A DNA stretch of 64,000 nucleotides. Origin: Dehalococcoidia bacterium (GTDB lineage: Bacteria; Chloroflexota; Dehalococcoidia; Bin125). The stretch is from NCBI GenBank assembly GCA_963663895.2, contig CAXXRD010000003.1:128001-192000 (forward strand), given 5' to 3'. Within the stretch, counting starts at the first letter, position 1, and each line of letters starts with the position of its first letter. Under the pieces are notes generated by a model, which worked only from the letters and a program-made list of their open reading frames with translations, was not told where the DNA came from and ran no database searches. Below are positions 10,755 through 21,054 of the stretch, one piece after another. The translations under genes were made by a program, and so were the position numbers.

Positions 10755-12185
10755 TCAGATGGCCAGTATGGCGACTCCCGCCACCGCGACGCAGACGCCC
10801 AGCACGCCCCAAATAGTGACCCGCTCCTTGAGGAAGATCACCCCCAAGGGCAAGGCGAAGATGGTGGACATGGCGAACAGGACCGCAGTGGGGCCGGCGC
10901 CGATGTCCTTCACCGCGATGATGACCAGCATGGTGCCGAGACCGGTGGTGAGCGCCCCCGTCCCGCCGATCAGCGAGGCCGTGCCCTTGGGCGGGATCCC
11001 CGCCAGCGGCCTCCCGCGGCGCGCGATCGTAAACCAGACGATGAAGACGAGCATGGCGGGCCAGAGCTGCGCCAGGGCGACGGGGGCGACGTGGATGCCG
11101 GGAGCGACCACCCGCAGGATCGTCGCGTCGCCGGCCCAGCCCAGGGCGGTGATGCCGGCGATGGTGAGCCCGACGGCGAGGCGCGGCAGCGTGATCCCGA
11201 TCCCGGGAATCCGGACGCTCCCCGACACCGAGCGTCCTGCTTGCGCGTCGGCGGTCGAGCGCACAGCCGGGGACGCTGGTTTCCGGGACGCGGCGTTGGG
11301 CCACTGCAGACGGCGCGGCGGCGAGGCAGCCTGCACGATCCGCGCGCCGGCGCGCCCATGGAAAACGAAACGGTAGACGCCGCTGATGATGAGCAGAGCG
11401 AAGGCAAGCCGCAGGCCGCGGCGCGCGGGTCGCCCGGCCTGCCCAGTCCCTGCGGGGCGCCCGTGGAAAGCGCAATGGTAGACGCCGCTGAGGATGACGG
11501 CGGCGACGGTGAGCCCGACGGCGCGTCGCGGCAGCGTGATCCCGGTCCCCGGGATCCGGATCCCAGGCGCCGCCGGGCGCTCTGCTCGCGCGGCGGCGGC
11601 CGAGCGCACAATCGGGAATGGACGGCGTTGAGGCACAGCAACGGGCGGCTCTAGAGGACGCAGGGGGCGGGAGAGCGCGGTGGGGGGCTGGAGCGTAGCG
11701 GGGCGAAGCCACGGCGACCGCTGCGGCGGTGGCGGCGCTTGCCTGGCCTCCACGACGGCGCGGCCGTAGAAGGCAACGAGGTAGACACCGCTGAGGATGA
11801 CCGCCCCTCCTACAGCGTCACGCCAGCCGATCGCCTCGCCGAGGAAGATCGCGGGCAGGATGAAGGAGGCCACGCTGTAGAGGCCGATCACGGCGGTGTA
11901 GCCGCGGGTAAGCCCCAGGACCGCGAGCGTGAGGGTGTAAGCCGGCTCCGCCAGCACGTAGGCGGCCAGGCCCGCCAGCGCCAGCTGCCAGACGATATTC
12001 GGGTCCATGTGCCAAAAGTCGTCCTGCGCGCCCAGCGCGAACGTGGCGGCGATGATGAAGGTGACGGCGAAGATCGAGCGGAAGGTGACGATCGTGAGGA
12101 AGTCGATCTTGGCCAGCTTGGCCGTGAGGAAGGTGCCAGTCGCGGCCCAGATGACGGCATCGGAGAGGATGGCGACGACGCCCAT
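10755..12185 (-). CDS. DMT/EamA transporter with internally duplicated linker
   Basis: Two EamA halves (IFLGEAIG; IFLKERVT); tandem paralogue of the next gene with ~120 extra aa. Confidence 0.85.
   Translation of the reverse strand: MGVVAILSDAVIWAATGTFLTAKLAKIDFLTIVTFRSIFAVTFIIAATFALGAQDDFWHMDPNIVWQLALAGLAAYVLAEPAYTLTLAVLGLTRGYTAVIGLYSVASFILPAIFLGEAIGWRDAVGGAVILSGVYLVAFYGRAVVEARQAPPPPQRSPWLRPATLQPPTALSRPLRPLEPPVAVPQRRPFPIVRSAAAARAERPAAPGIRIPGTGITLPRRAVGLTVAAVILSGVYHCAFHGRPAGTGQAGRPARRGLRLAFALLIISGVYRFVFHGRAGARIVQAASPPRRLQWPNAASRKPASPAVRSTADAQAGRSVSGSVRIPGIGITLPRLAVGLTIAGITALGWAGDATILRVVAPGIHVAPVALAQLWPAMLVFIVWFTIARRGRPLAGIPPKGTASLIGGTGALTTGLGTMLVIIAVKDIGAGPTAVLFAMSTIFALPLGVIFLKERVTIWGVLGVCVAVAGVAILAI
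11157..11802 (-). repeat. Intragenic repeats in the DMT gene
   Basis: I(L/I)SGVY...F(Y/H)GR three times (~11353-11394, ~11458-11499, ~11761-11802); RIPG(T/I)GITLPR(R/L)AVGLT(V/I)A twice (~11157-11215, ~11505-11560), also conserved at DNA level. Confidence 0.85.
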
Positions 12186-12221
12186 GCTGTGCGCTCCGAT
12201 CCGTCTTCGGCCCGAGCGCCG

Positions 12222-13295
12222 CTAGAGGGCCAGCAGGGCGACGCCGCCGACCGCGACGGCGGCGCCGAGGACGCCCCAGATCGTGACGCGCTCCTTGAGG
12301 ACGATCGCGCTCAGCGGCATGGCGAAGATCGTCGACATGGCGAAGAGCACGGCGACCGGGCCGGGGCCGATCTCGCCGATCGCGAATACCAGCAGGATAG
12401 TACCGAGTCCCGTCGTGGCCGCCCCGGTGAGGCCGAGCACGAGTCCTGCCCGCGGCGTGAAGGCGCCTTGGAAGACGCGGCCGCGGCGGATCACGAGGAG
12501 CGCCAGCGCGATCACCAAAGCGCCGGGGGCGATCTGGATCACGGCCACCGCGGAGGCGTCGAAGGGATCGGCGATGGCGCGCAGCAAGGTCGTGTCGCCC
12601 GCCCAGGCAATGGCGGTGAGCAGCGCCACGAGCAAGCCGAGGAGAAAGCGCGGCAGGCGGATCGACGTGCCGGGGATGCGGACGGACGAGGACGGGCCGC
12701 CGGCGGCCGCGTCGGCGAGGCCGCTGCCGCCGCTGATGGGACGCAGCCCGCCGTCCGTCCGCCGCCGGGAACGCGAGAGCCAGCGCCGCCAGCGGGGCCC
12801 GCGATGCTCGGAGCGCGGCAGCGGCGGCTCCAGCCGCTCCTCCCCCACGCGCGGGGGTCGGCGGCGGCCGTAGAGGGCGACGATGTAGACGCCCGTGATG
12901 ATCACCACACCGCCCAGGGCCTCCTGCAGGCCGATCGGCTCGCCGAGGAAGACGGCGGGGAAGATGTAGGAGAACAGGCTGAAGAGGCCGATGACCACGG
13001 TGTAGCCGCGCGTGAGGCCAAGCAACCCCAGGCTGAGCACATAACCCGGCTCCGCCAGCACGTAGGCGACTAGGCCGCCAACGACGAGCTGCCACATCGT
13101 GTGGAAGCTCATCCCCCAGAGATCGGCCTGCGCGCCCAAGACGAACATAGCGGGAAAGACGAAGAGGAAACCGAATACGCTGCGAGAGGTGGCGACGGAG
13201 AGGAAGTCGATCCGTGCCAGCTTGGCGGTGATGATCGTGCCCGCGACCGCCCAAGAGCAGGCGTCGAGGAGCATGACGACCGCGCCCATGGCCAT
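12222..13295 (-). CDS. DMT/EamA transporter
   Basis: Two EamA halves (VFLGEPIG; IVLKERVT). Confidence 0.88.
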   Translation of the reverse strand: MAMGAVVMLLDACSWAVAGTIITAKLARIDFLSVATSRSVFGFLFVFPAMFVLGAQADLWGMSFHTMWQLVVGGLVAYVLAEPGYVLSLGLLGLTRGYTVVIGLFSLFSYIFPAVFLGEPIGLQEALGGVVIITGVYIVALYGRRRPPRVGEERLEPPLPRSEHRGPRWRRWLSRSRRRTDGGLRPISGGSGLADAAAGGPSSSVRIPGTSIRLPRFLLGLLVALLTAIAWAGDTTLLRAIADPFDASAVAVIQIAPGALVIALALLVIRRGRVFQGAFTPRAGLVLGLTGAATTGLGTILLVFAIGEIGPGPVAVLFAMSTIFAMPLSAIVLKERVTIWGVLGAAVAVGGVALLAL

Positions 13296-13451
13296 AGATC
13301 ACACCCTCAGGGCGCCTCTCGCCGCCTGCAAGCCGTCGCAATCAGCGTCGAAGGTATCACCAGACGGCGGCCGGTAGTGGCTCGAAGCGCCGGGAGTTGG
13401 CATCGTGGGCGAGCAGCGCCTCGAGGCAGCTTCCGATAGGAGGAACAAAAA

Positions 13452-14220
13452 GTGGATCTCAAACAGCGAGTCGCGTTGATCACGGGCGGAGCGTCCGGGC
13501 TGGGAGCAGCCGCGGCGCGGATGTTGGCGGAAGAGCAGGCGCGCTTGGTGTTGGTGGATCTCGACGACGCCAAGGGCGAGGCGCTGGCGAGCGAGCTGGG
13601 CGAGCAAGGGCACTACCTGCGGGGGTGATGTGACGTCGCCGGAGGCAATGGAGGCCGCCGTGAAAGAGGCGGTCGACAGATTCGGGCGGCTGGAGATCGC
13701 GATCAACTGCGCCGGCATCGGAGGGTCGCAGCGGGTCACGGGCAAGCGCGGGCCCGCACCCCTGGACTGGTTCCGTCAAATCGTGGAGGTCAACCTGATC
13801 GGGACCTTTAACACGACCCGGCTGGCAGCGACGGCGATGTTGGAGAACCAGCCGGGCGCCGACGGGGAGCGGGGCGTGATCATCAACACGGCTTCGATCG
13901 CCGCCTTCGACGGCCAGATCGGTCAGGCCGCCTATGCCGCGTCGAAGGGCGGGATCGCGGGAATGACGCTGCCGATCGCGCGAGACCTGGCGCGCCACGG
14001 GATCCGCAACGTGACGATCGCGCCCGGGCTATTCGACACGCCCCTGCTCGCGCGGGTACCGGACGAGGTGCGGCAGGCGCTGGGAGAATCGGTGCCGTAT
14101 CCATCGCGACTGGGCGACGCGCCGGAATACGCCCTGCTGGTGCGCCAGATCATCGAGAACCGCTACCTCAACGGCGAGGTGATCCGGCTCGACGCGGCGC
14201 TGCGCATGGCGCCGCAGTAG
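13452..14220 (+). CDS. SDR oxidoreductase (3-hydroxyacyl-CoA dehydrogenase type-2-like), frameshift in G5 run 13621-13625
   Basis: GTG after AGGAGG; [36 protein letters not shown]. Confidence 0.9.
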
Positions 14221-14285
14221 CCTTCCCGTCAGTGCTACGGTTGCCACAGGCGCAGGAGCCGGATGGATATCCGAGTTCCTTGAGC

Positions 14286-14329
14286 GTTAACTGTTCGTTG
14301 ATGGGCCGTTAATCCTTCCCTAACCCCCT
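14286..14329 (+). promoter_or_regulatory. Putative PHO box (four 11-bp units)
   Basis: GTTAACTGTTC / GTTGATGGGCC / GTTAATCCTTC / CCTAACCCCCT at exact 11-nt period, just upstream of TATAGC and pstS. Confidence 0.7.
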
Positions 14330-14370
14330 CTAGGAAGAGGGTTTATAGCCTTCTGGCCAAAGGAGGCTTC

Positions 14371-15530
14371 ATGAAACGAGCGATTGGCTATCGAAGGCCG
14401 GCCCGCCAGGCGGGCTCCATCCAGCAGATGCGACGGCACCCGTGGCTGCTATGGGTCGCAGCCATAGCGATCCTCTCGATTCGCGCTCGTCGCCCTGTGG
14501 CGGCGACGATGAAGAGGCTGCGCCCAGTTCAGCCCCAGCCGAGAGCACCACAGCGGCCGCCCAAGAAGCGACCCAGCCCGCCGACGAACCCGAGACGATG
14601 GCCGAGATGGATCTCTCGGAGCTCAGCGGGACCGTTGAGATCGACGGCTCCAGCACCGTCTTCCCCATCACCGAGGGGATCGCCGAGGAGTTCGGCCTCC
14701 TCAGCGACGTGCGGGTGACCGTGGGCGTCTCCGGCAGCGGCGGCGGCTTCCAGCGCTTCTGCGCCGGCGAGACCGATATCTCCAACGCCTCCCGCCCCAT
14801 CAAGGAGAGCGAGATCGAAGCGTGTGCCGCGAACGGCATCGATTTCATCGAGGTCCCCGTCGCCTTCGACGGCCTCACCGTCGTCGTCAACCCCGAGAAC
14901 GATTGGGCCGACCACTTCACCGTGGCCGAACTCCATCACATCTTCCGGCCCGACGACTACGCCGAGAGCTGGGCCGACGTGCGCGCCGGCTTCCCCGACG
15001 AGGAGATCGTCATCTTCTCCCCCGGCGTCGACTCCGGCACCTTCGACTACTTCACCGAAACCATCAACGACGACAGCGGCGTCCAGCGCCAGGACAACAC
15101 CACCTTCTCCGAAGATGACAACGTCCTCGTCATCGGCGTCGCCAACGAGTTCGGCGCGATCGGCTACTTCGGCTTCTCCTACTACATCAACAACCAGGAG
15201 AATCTCCAAGCCGTCCCCATCGACGGCGGCGCCGGCCCCGTCTCCCCCACCACCGCCACTGTCAACGACGGCTCCTACGCGCCCCTCTCGCGGCCGCTCC
15301 TCATCTACGTGAAGACCAGCAGCCTCGACCGGCCGGAGGTCGCCGCCCTCGTGGACTACTACCTCTCCGACGGCCGTCCCATCATCGACTCGCCCGAGGT
15401 GGGCTACATCCAGCTGCCCGATAACTTCTACGCCGCCATCCGTCACCGGGTCGCCAACCGCGTCACCGGCTCCGTCTTCCCCGGCGCCCCCGAGGGCGCC
15501 ACCATCGAGAGCCTCTACGGCGTGCAGTAG
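14371..15530 (+). CDS. pstS: Phosphate-binding lipoprotein PstS; indels near 14479-14496 disrupt the signal peptide
   Basis: [43 protein letters not shown]; restored lipobox ALVAC-GG; AAGGAGG RBS. Confidence 0.9.
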
Positions 15531-15545
15531 GACAATTCGCCGCCT

Positions 15546-15626
15546 GTCCGGCCGGGATGCAATCCCGGCTGGACGACGGCACGCCCCCGGCGCCATCCTG
15601 CTCCAAGGCGCCGGGGCGGCGGCGTT
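15546..15626 (+). terminator. Two GC-rich hairpins after pstS
   Basis: GTCCGGCCGGGAT-GCA-ATCCCGGCTGGAC and CCCCGGCGCC...GGCGCCGGGG; only a short T run follows. Confidence 0.5.
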
Positions 15627-15748
15627 TAACTCCGCGAATCACGATTCGAATCGCGCTCCGGTTTCCGAGCCAGTGAGAGAACGCGACAGAATCCGCCGTT
15701 GAGTCGCCGCCTGGCATGCTTGAATCGCGGGAGTGTACGCTTCTAAAC

Positions 15749-16156
15749 ATGGCAGCCACGCTCGCGATCCAGGCCTTTCCTCGTGCCCAGTCCCGTCTGC
15801 TGAGACGGCCTGTCTGGATCGCGACGATCCTCCTGTTTGCCTGGCTACCGGCGCTCTCCTATCTGGACCACCTGCCGGCTCCCGCCGTCTTCGACTCGGG
15901 AACGCCTTTCAATAAACACATACACCCCAGCTCCAAGGCCAACGGGCTGAATCCCGTACACGGTCCCACCAGCGCCAGCCACAGCGCGCACGGCCACGGC
16001 GACAGCGGCGGGTTGGGATCCGGTGCAGTGCCTCTGATGATCGCTGCGGCCACGCCGACCCCCGAGCTGCCGGCGCCGGTGCTGGCAGCAATCACCACGG
16101 CAACACACTGGGCTGGGCGGCCAGCGGTCCGGCCTCCGACGCCTCCGCCGCGATAG
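15749..16156 (+). CDS. His-rich leader/uORF protein with C-terminal RPPTPPPR (DUF2946/CutF-like architecture)
   Basis: Signal/TM segment VWIATILLFAWLPAL, KHIH...SHSAHGH, Pro-rich end; ATG 7 nt after TACGCT. Confidence 0.65.
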   Translation: MAATLAIQAFPRAQSRLLRRPVWIATILLFAWLPALSYLDHLPAPAVFDSGTPFNKHIHPSSKANGLNPVHGPTSASHSAHGHGDSGGLGSGAVPLMIAAATPTPELPAPVLAAITTATHWAGRPAVRPPTPPPR

Positions 16157-16252
16157 CTCCCTCACCCGCTTCGCGGAGCGGCCGTCCCGGCTGCACCTCA
16201 ACCCTGTGCATCCGCAAGGGTCCTGCCATTGCGACGAAAGAGTTGTTTGCTC

Positions 16253-16832
16253 ATGGAAGCGTTTCTGTTTGGATCGAAGTTGCGGAAGCGGCTGATGTTG
16301 CCGGCTTGCGGAATGCTGGCCGCGGCGGTGGCACTGGCTGCAGCCTGCGGCGGCGAGGTGAGCGAATCGGAGTTCGAGACGCTCCAGCAGGAGGTGACGG
16401 AGCTGCGCGGCCTGCTGGAGCATGCCGGCGAGAGGGCGGACCGAGCGCTGCTGGTGGCGTCGCTGCCGGCGCTCCAAGTGGCGCAGTTTCACTCCATGGA
16501 CGAAGTGATCAACAACGAGCGCCTGATCCACGCCACCCATCCCGGGATCGTGATCCGCGCCATCAATACCCTGCAGGCGCCGATCTGGCCGACCGATCTG
16601 GATGCGCACGTACGCGGGGTTTCTCGCCGCGCTGCAGACCCTGGAAGGACCGATCCTGGACGATGACGCGCAAGCCGCCGGGCGCCCAGCGCGGGTCGTG
16701 CACGCCCATGCCCACGCCTTCGAGGAATCGGTGAACGCCTTCCTGGCGGGAGAAGCGGTCCCGCCGCCGCCCGCGATCAGCGATTCCACGGAGCCCAGGC
16801 ACGATCATCAAGCCTCCCAAGGCCACGAGTAG
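16253..16832 (+). CDS. His-rich lipoprotein, frameshift at 16616-16619
   Basis: Lipobox AAAC-GG, coiled coil, QFHSMDE, HATHP, shifted frame VHAHAHAF...HDHQ..GHE. Confidence 0.7.
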
Positions 16833-16959
16833 GTCAGCGAGGAGCACGATAGGGAGGGCGAAGGGATGGCGGACGCAGAGGGCGCGGAACCCGGCCATCC
16901 CGACTCCGGGGACGGGAAAGACGAAGACGGCTAGGAAGGCGCGCACGACGGCTACGAAG

Positions 16960-17681
16960 ATGAGGACAAGCACGAAGAGACGGCCAGATCCGGCTGGGGC
17001 CGGATCGAGGGCGACGCCAGCCCCGGTCTGGCTCCTTCTCGGCATCGCCGCGATGGCAGTCGTGATCGGCGGCCTCCTGTGGCCCAGCCGGGCCGAGGGC
17101 GCACGCTCGCTACGTCCGCTCCGAGCCCGCGTTCGCCGCCGAGCTCGTGAAGGCGCCGGATCGCATCGACCTCTGGTTCAGCCAGCAGCTGTTCCGCCGC
17201 CAGGGCGCAAACACGATCCGCCTGCTGGACTCCACCGGGACGGAAAGACCCCTTGAGCGAAGCGCTGATCGACAGCGCCGACCGCCAGCACCTCTTCGCC
17301 AGAATCGTGGAACCGCTCCCGCCGGGTCGCTACATCGTCGAGTGGACCAACCTCTCCGCCGAGGACGGCGACACGGATTCTGGCCACTATCCTTTTTATG
17401 TCGCATATCTTCCCACGGCTGTCGACACAGCGAACGACCGTGCCCTCGCCGAAGATCTCTTGATTCCGTACCCCGGTAACGAGTCCGATCAAGGGCAAAT
17501 CGAAGCAGTTGAAGGGACGGAAGCGGATGCCCTCGGTCCCGTCACCCTGCCGCTGGCTGTGGAGCCGGACGAGGGCGGGATCGGTGCGGGGCCGATCGTG
17601 CTGGCGATCGTGAGCGCGTTGGCGGTGGCAGGGCTCGTTGGGAGCCGCTTGGTCAAGGCGAGGAGGGATCGGAGGCCGTGA
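16960..17681 (+). CDS. CopC-family protein with C-terminal membrane anchor; two frameshifts (17097-99, 17249-52)
   Basis: Restored: signal-AEA|HARYVRSEP...PDRIDLWFSQ...LPPGRYIVEW.NLSAEDGDTDSG...TM. Confidence 0.8.
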
Positions 17682-18728
17682 AGACCCTCCTCGCAGCGGC
17701 GGCGCTGCTCGTAGCGGGAGTGACAACAGTCGCTTGCGGAAGCGAGGCACCTCCAATCGGGCAGAGCGCTCCATCTCCCCCGCCGACGCCGGCCGCCGAC
17801 GCAGGCAAGGCGCTCGGCGTACCCGGGCTCAGCGTCTACTCGGTCGGAGGGGACCTTCAGCTGGAACGGAACGGCGATCTGCGGAAACTGGTAGTCGCGC
17901 CCAGCTTGAACGTCTCATACCTATCGCCGCGGATCTCGCCCGACGGCCAAGCGGTGGCCTATGTGCGCTTGGCGATTTTCAGTGGAAGCGAGGCGGCCAC
18001 GGTGCTCAGCGACATTCGGGTAGCCGACCTCGAAGGCGGAGGGCGCGTCGTCGTCACGCCGAGAGGCGAGGGGGCGTTCGTGTGGGCGCCGCAGTGGTCA
18101 GCCGATCAGGGATCACTCGTTTACGCACACCAACTGAACCAACCGGACGCCGCAGGTCGCGCTTTCCAGGTCAACGTCGAGCGGGTCGACCTAACAACGG
18201 GCGAGAGCGAGATCTTGGTGACGAACGCGCGAGACCCAGCGCTCTCGCCCGACGGGCGGCTGCTGGTATTCGTCGACGACCCCGCGCTCGCACACAAGCT
18301 CTCGGTACTGAACCTAGAGACGGGCGAGCGGACGCCGCTCCTTGCGCTCAGCGACGGTCTGGCCGTGTTCCGCCTGCCCCAGTTCTCGCCCGACGGGGAA
18401 TGGATCGCGGTAGCGGCCTCAGGAGAGGGCCGGTTGGTGTCCAGCCGGCCGGTGCCCGCCGTGCTCAACCGCAGCAACGGCGTTCAGGACGTCTGGCTGA
18501 TCCGCCCCGGACGGCAGTGGACTGCACCGACTCACGGCCGTGCAGGAGGATCAGCCCGACTTCGCTTGGTCCCAAGACGGGCGGCACATTCTCCTGCGCG
18601 GAACATTCGGCATATATCTCGCCGAGGTGAGCACGCGCAGGACGCGTACGATCCTCGTGCCGGGCGAACTCCACGGGACGCACGACTGGCACGGATCGCT
18701 TCCGGTAGATCCGGCCGAGGCGCCGTGA
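17678..18728 (+). CDS. TolB-like (PD40) beta-propeller lipoprotein, frameshift at 18505-18508
   Basis: TVAC lipobox; repeats ISPDG, WSADQ, LSPDG, FSPDG, WSQDG (last in track ORF 18540..18728). Confidence 0.8.
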
Positions 18729-21038
18729 CCACTCGTGCGCCCCGCGCGCTCTTCGCACTGGTCGCGCTCGGCGGCCTCATCGCCTGGCTCTGGCTCTCCA
18801 CCGAGCCGGTCGCCGGGCACGCGTTGCTGGAGCGCTCGGATCCGCCGATCAACGCCACCCTGCGGGAGTCTCCGCGGCTCGTGAACCTGATCATGACGGA
18901 GCCCCTCCAGCAAGACTTCTCGGGGATGGAGGTGCTCGACAGCCTAGGGCGGCGCGTGGATCGCGGCGGCGTGCTCTTCAACCCCGAGGATGCCACGCAG
19001 ATGAGCACCCGGGTCGAGCCGCTCGATCCGGGGATCTACACCGTCGCTTGGCGAACGCTGTCCGAGGTAGACGGGCACACATGGACGGGGTCGTTCTCGT
19101 TCACGGTGCTGAATCCGGACGGGAGCACGCCAGCCGGGACGGTCTTCGCGCCCGACCTCTCACGGCCCGGACCGCCCGCGGGCGCGGACGCGGCCGTGCG
19201 ATGGTTCAGCTTCACGGCGCTCATCGGGCTGGTGGGCGGCGCGCTGTTCGCCTTGTGGGCGGCAGGCCCGGCCGCGCGCCTGGTTGGAGGAGCCGGGCCG
19301 CGCTTCGCGGAAGCGGCGCTGGGCTACGCCTGGGAGGGGGCGACCTTCGCGGTCGTGCTGCTGATCTGCACGACGGGTTACGACGCGGCCGCCGCCGCGC
19401 TGCGGCTCGGCGGGCTGGCATTCCTGGACGAGACGCTGTTCGACACCCGCAACGGGCTGTGGCTGCTGATCCGCTGGCTGCTCCTCCTGATGACGGCGGC
19501 GCTGCTACTGACGGTGCAATGGCGGCCACGGCTGCGGGCGTCACGAGAGGCGCTGCTCACGCTCCTGATCTTGGGCGCAGGGCTGATCGGAAGCTTCGCG
19601 AGCGTGAGCCACGGCGCGGCGCTGGACCAAGGCTGGATCTGGGCCACGTTGTTCGACGCGCTGCACCTGGCAGCGGCCGCCGTGTGGATCGGAATGCTCG
19701 CGGCGCTGGTATGGACGCTGTGGGCCACACGCCGAGCCGCGGAGCAACGGCAGCGGCGCACGTTCCAAATCGAAGCCGTGCGCCGCTTCTCCTGGGCAGC
19801 GGCGGGCTGCGTTCCGATCTTGATCACGGCGGGCCTCCTCAGCCTGCTGGCCGCAGTACCGGCCCTGCACGGCTTCATCGACACCTCCTGGGGCGTAGCG
19901 ATGCTGGTAAAGCTGGGGGTGCTGGCTCTCTTGTTCATGGTGGCGGCGACAAACGCGCTGGCGTTGCGCCCACGCTCACAGCGGGCGGGGACCGCAGGGA
20001 ACGAGACTTCGCGGCTAGAACGTCGCTTCCGAACGCTGATGCGGATAGAGCTGGGACTGGCGCTGGTCGTGCTCGCAGCAAGCGCCGCCCTGACGCAGCT
20101 ACCGTCGGCTCGGAGCGAGCTGCCGGCGGTCGCTGCGGTCCAGAAGGAGCGCGCGATCAGCGAGACGGTCGCGCTCAGCGACCTGACGGCGCGGCTGACG
20201 ATCGAGCCGAATCTTGTGGGCCTGAACCGCTACGCGGTGGAACTCGAAGGGGTAGGCGACGGACCGATCGATCCGGTGACGGAAGTCCGGCTCCACTTCC
20301 GCTACGAGGACCCGAGCGTGGGCCCCGTGATCATACCCGCGGAGCCGGAGGGCGGCCGCTACGTGATCGAGGGGGTGTTCTTCGGGCTGGCCGGCGCTTG
20401 GGATGTCGACATCGAGGTCCGGCGCGAACGCTCGGACGACGTCATCGGCGGGATCACGACCAACGTCGAGCAAGGATTCATCGAAGTGCTGCCCTTCGGG
20501 CAGGCGCAGCCAGGCGCCCTGAGCCTGCCGATCACGCAGTTCGACTGGAACGGGATCGGGGCCCTGTGGGCGGCGCTGGGAGCCGGTCTCCTGATCGCCT
20601 ACCGGGCGCCGCTGCGCAAGCGCGTATCGCCGCGCGCGGGCGATCTGTCGCTGGCGGCGGGGGCCCTGTGCATGGCGACGGCGGTGGTCCTCCTCTGGGG
20701 CTTGGAAGTGGAGCCGGGGCGGACGCAGGAGAACCCGGTGGAGCGGACCGCGGCATCGATCGCCAACGGCGCGGCGCTGTTCGCGACGAACTGCGCCCAG
20801 TGCCACGGCGAGGACGGGTTGGGGGACGGGCCGCTGGCAAGGACCTTGCCCGCGCCGCCGGCCAACTTCCGCGTGCACGTGCCCTTCCATCCCGACGGCG
20901 TGCTGTTCACCTGGATCAGCGACGGGATCCGCGGCACGGGGATGCCGGCCTGGAGCGACGCGTTGAGCGAGCAGGAGCGCTGGGACCTGGTGAACTTCCT
21001 ACGGGCGAACTTCGACCGGCCGCTGGACCCCCGGCTAG
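18725..21038 (+). CDS. CopC-CopD-YtkA-cytochrome c fusion
   Basis: GTGA overlap; HALLERSDP, Y.VAWRTLSEVDGH; CopD SHG, LHLAAAAVWIG, RRFS; Ig-like GRYVI...AGAWDV; CAQCH heme motif, GMPAW; end 21038 assumes an extra C in 21028-32 (else 21115). Confidence 0.88.
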
Positions 21039-21054
21039 CGACGCGCCTCTCAAG

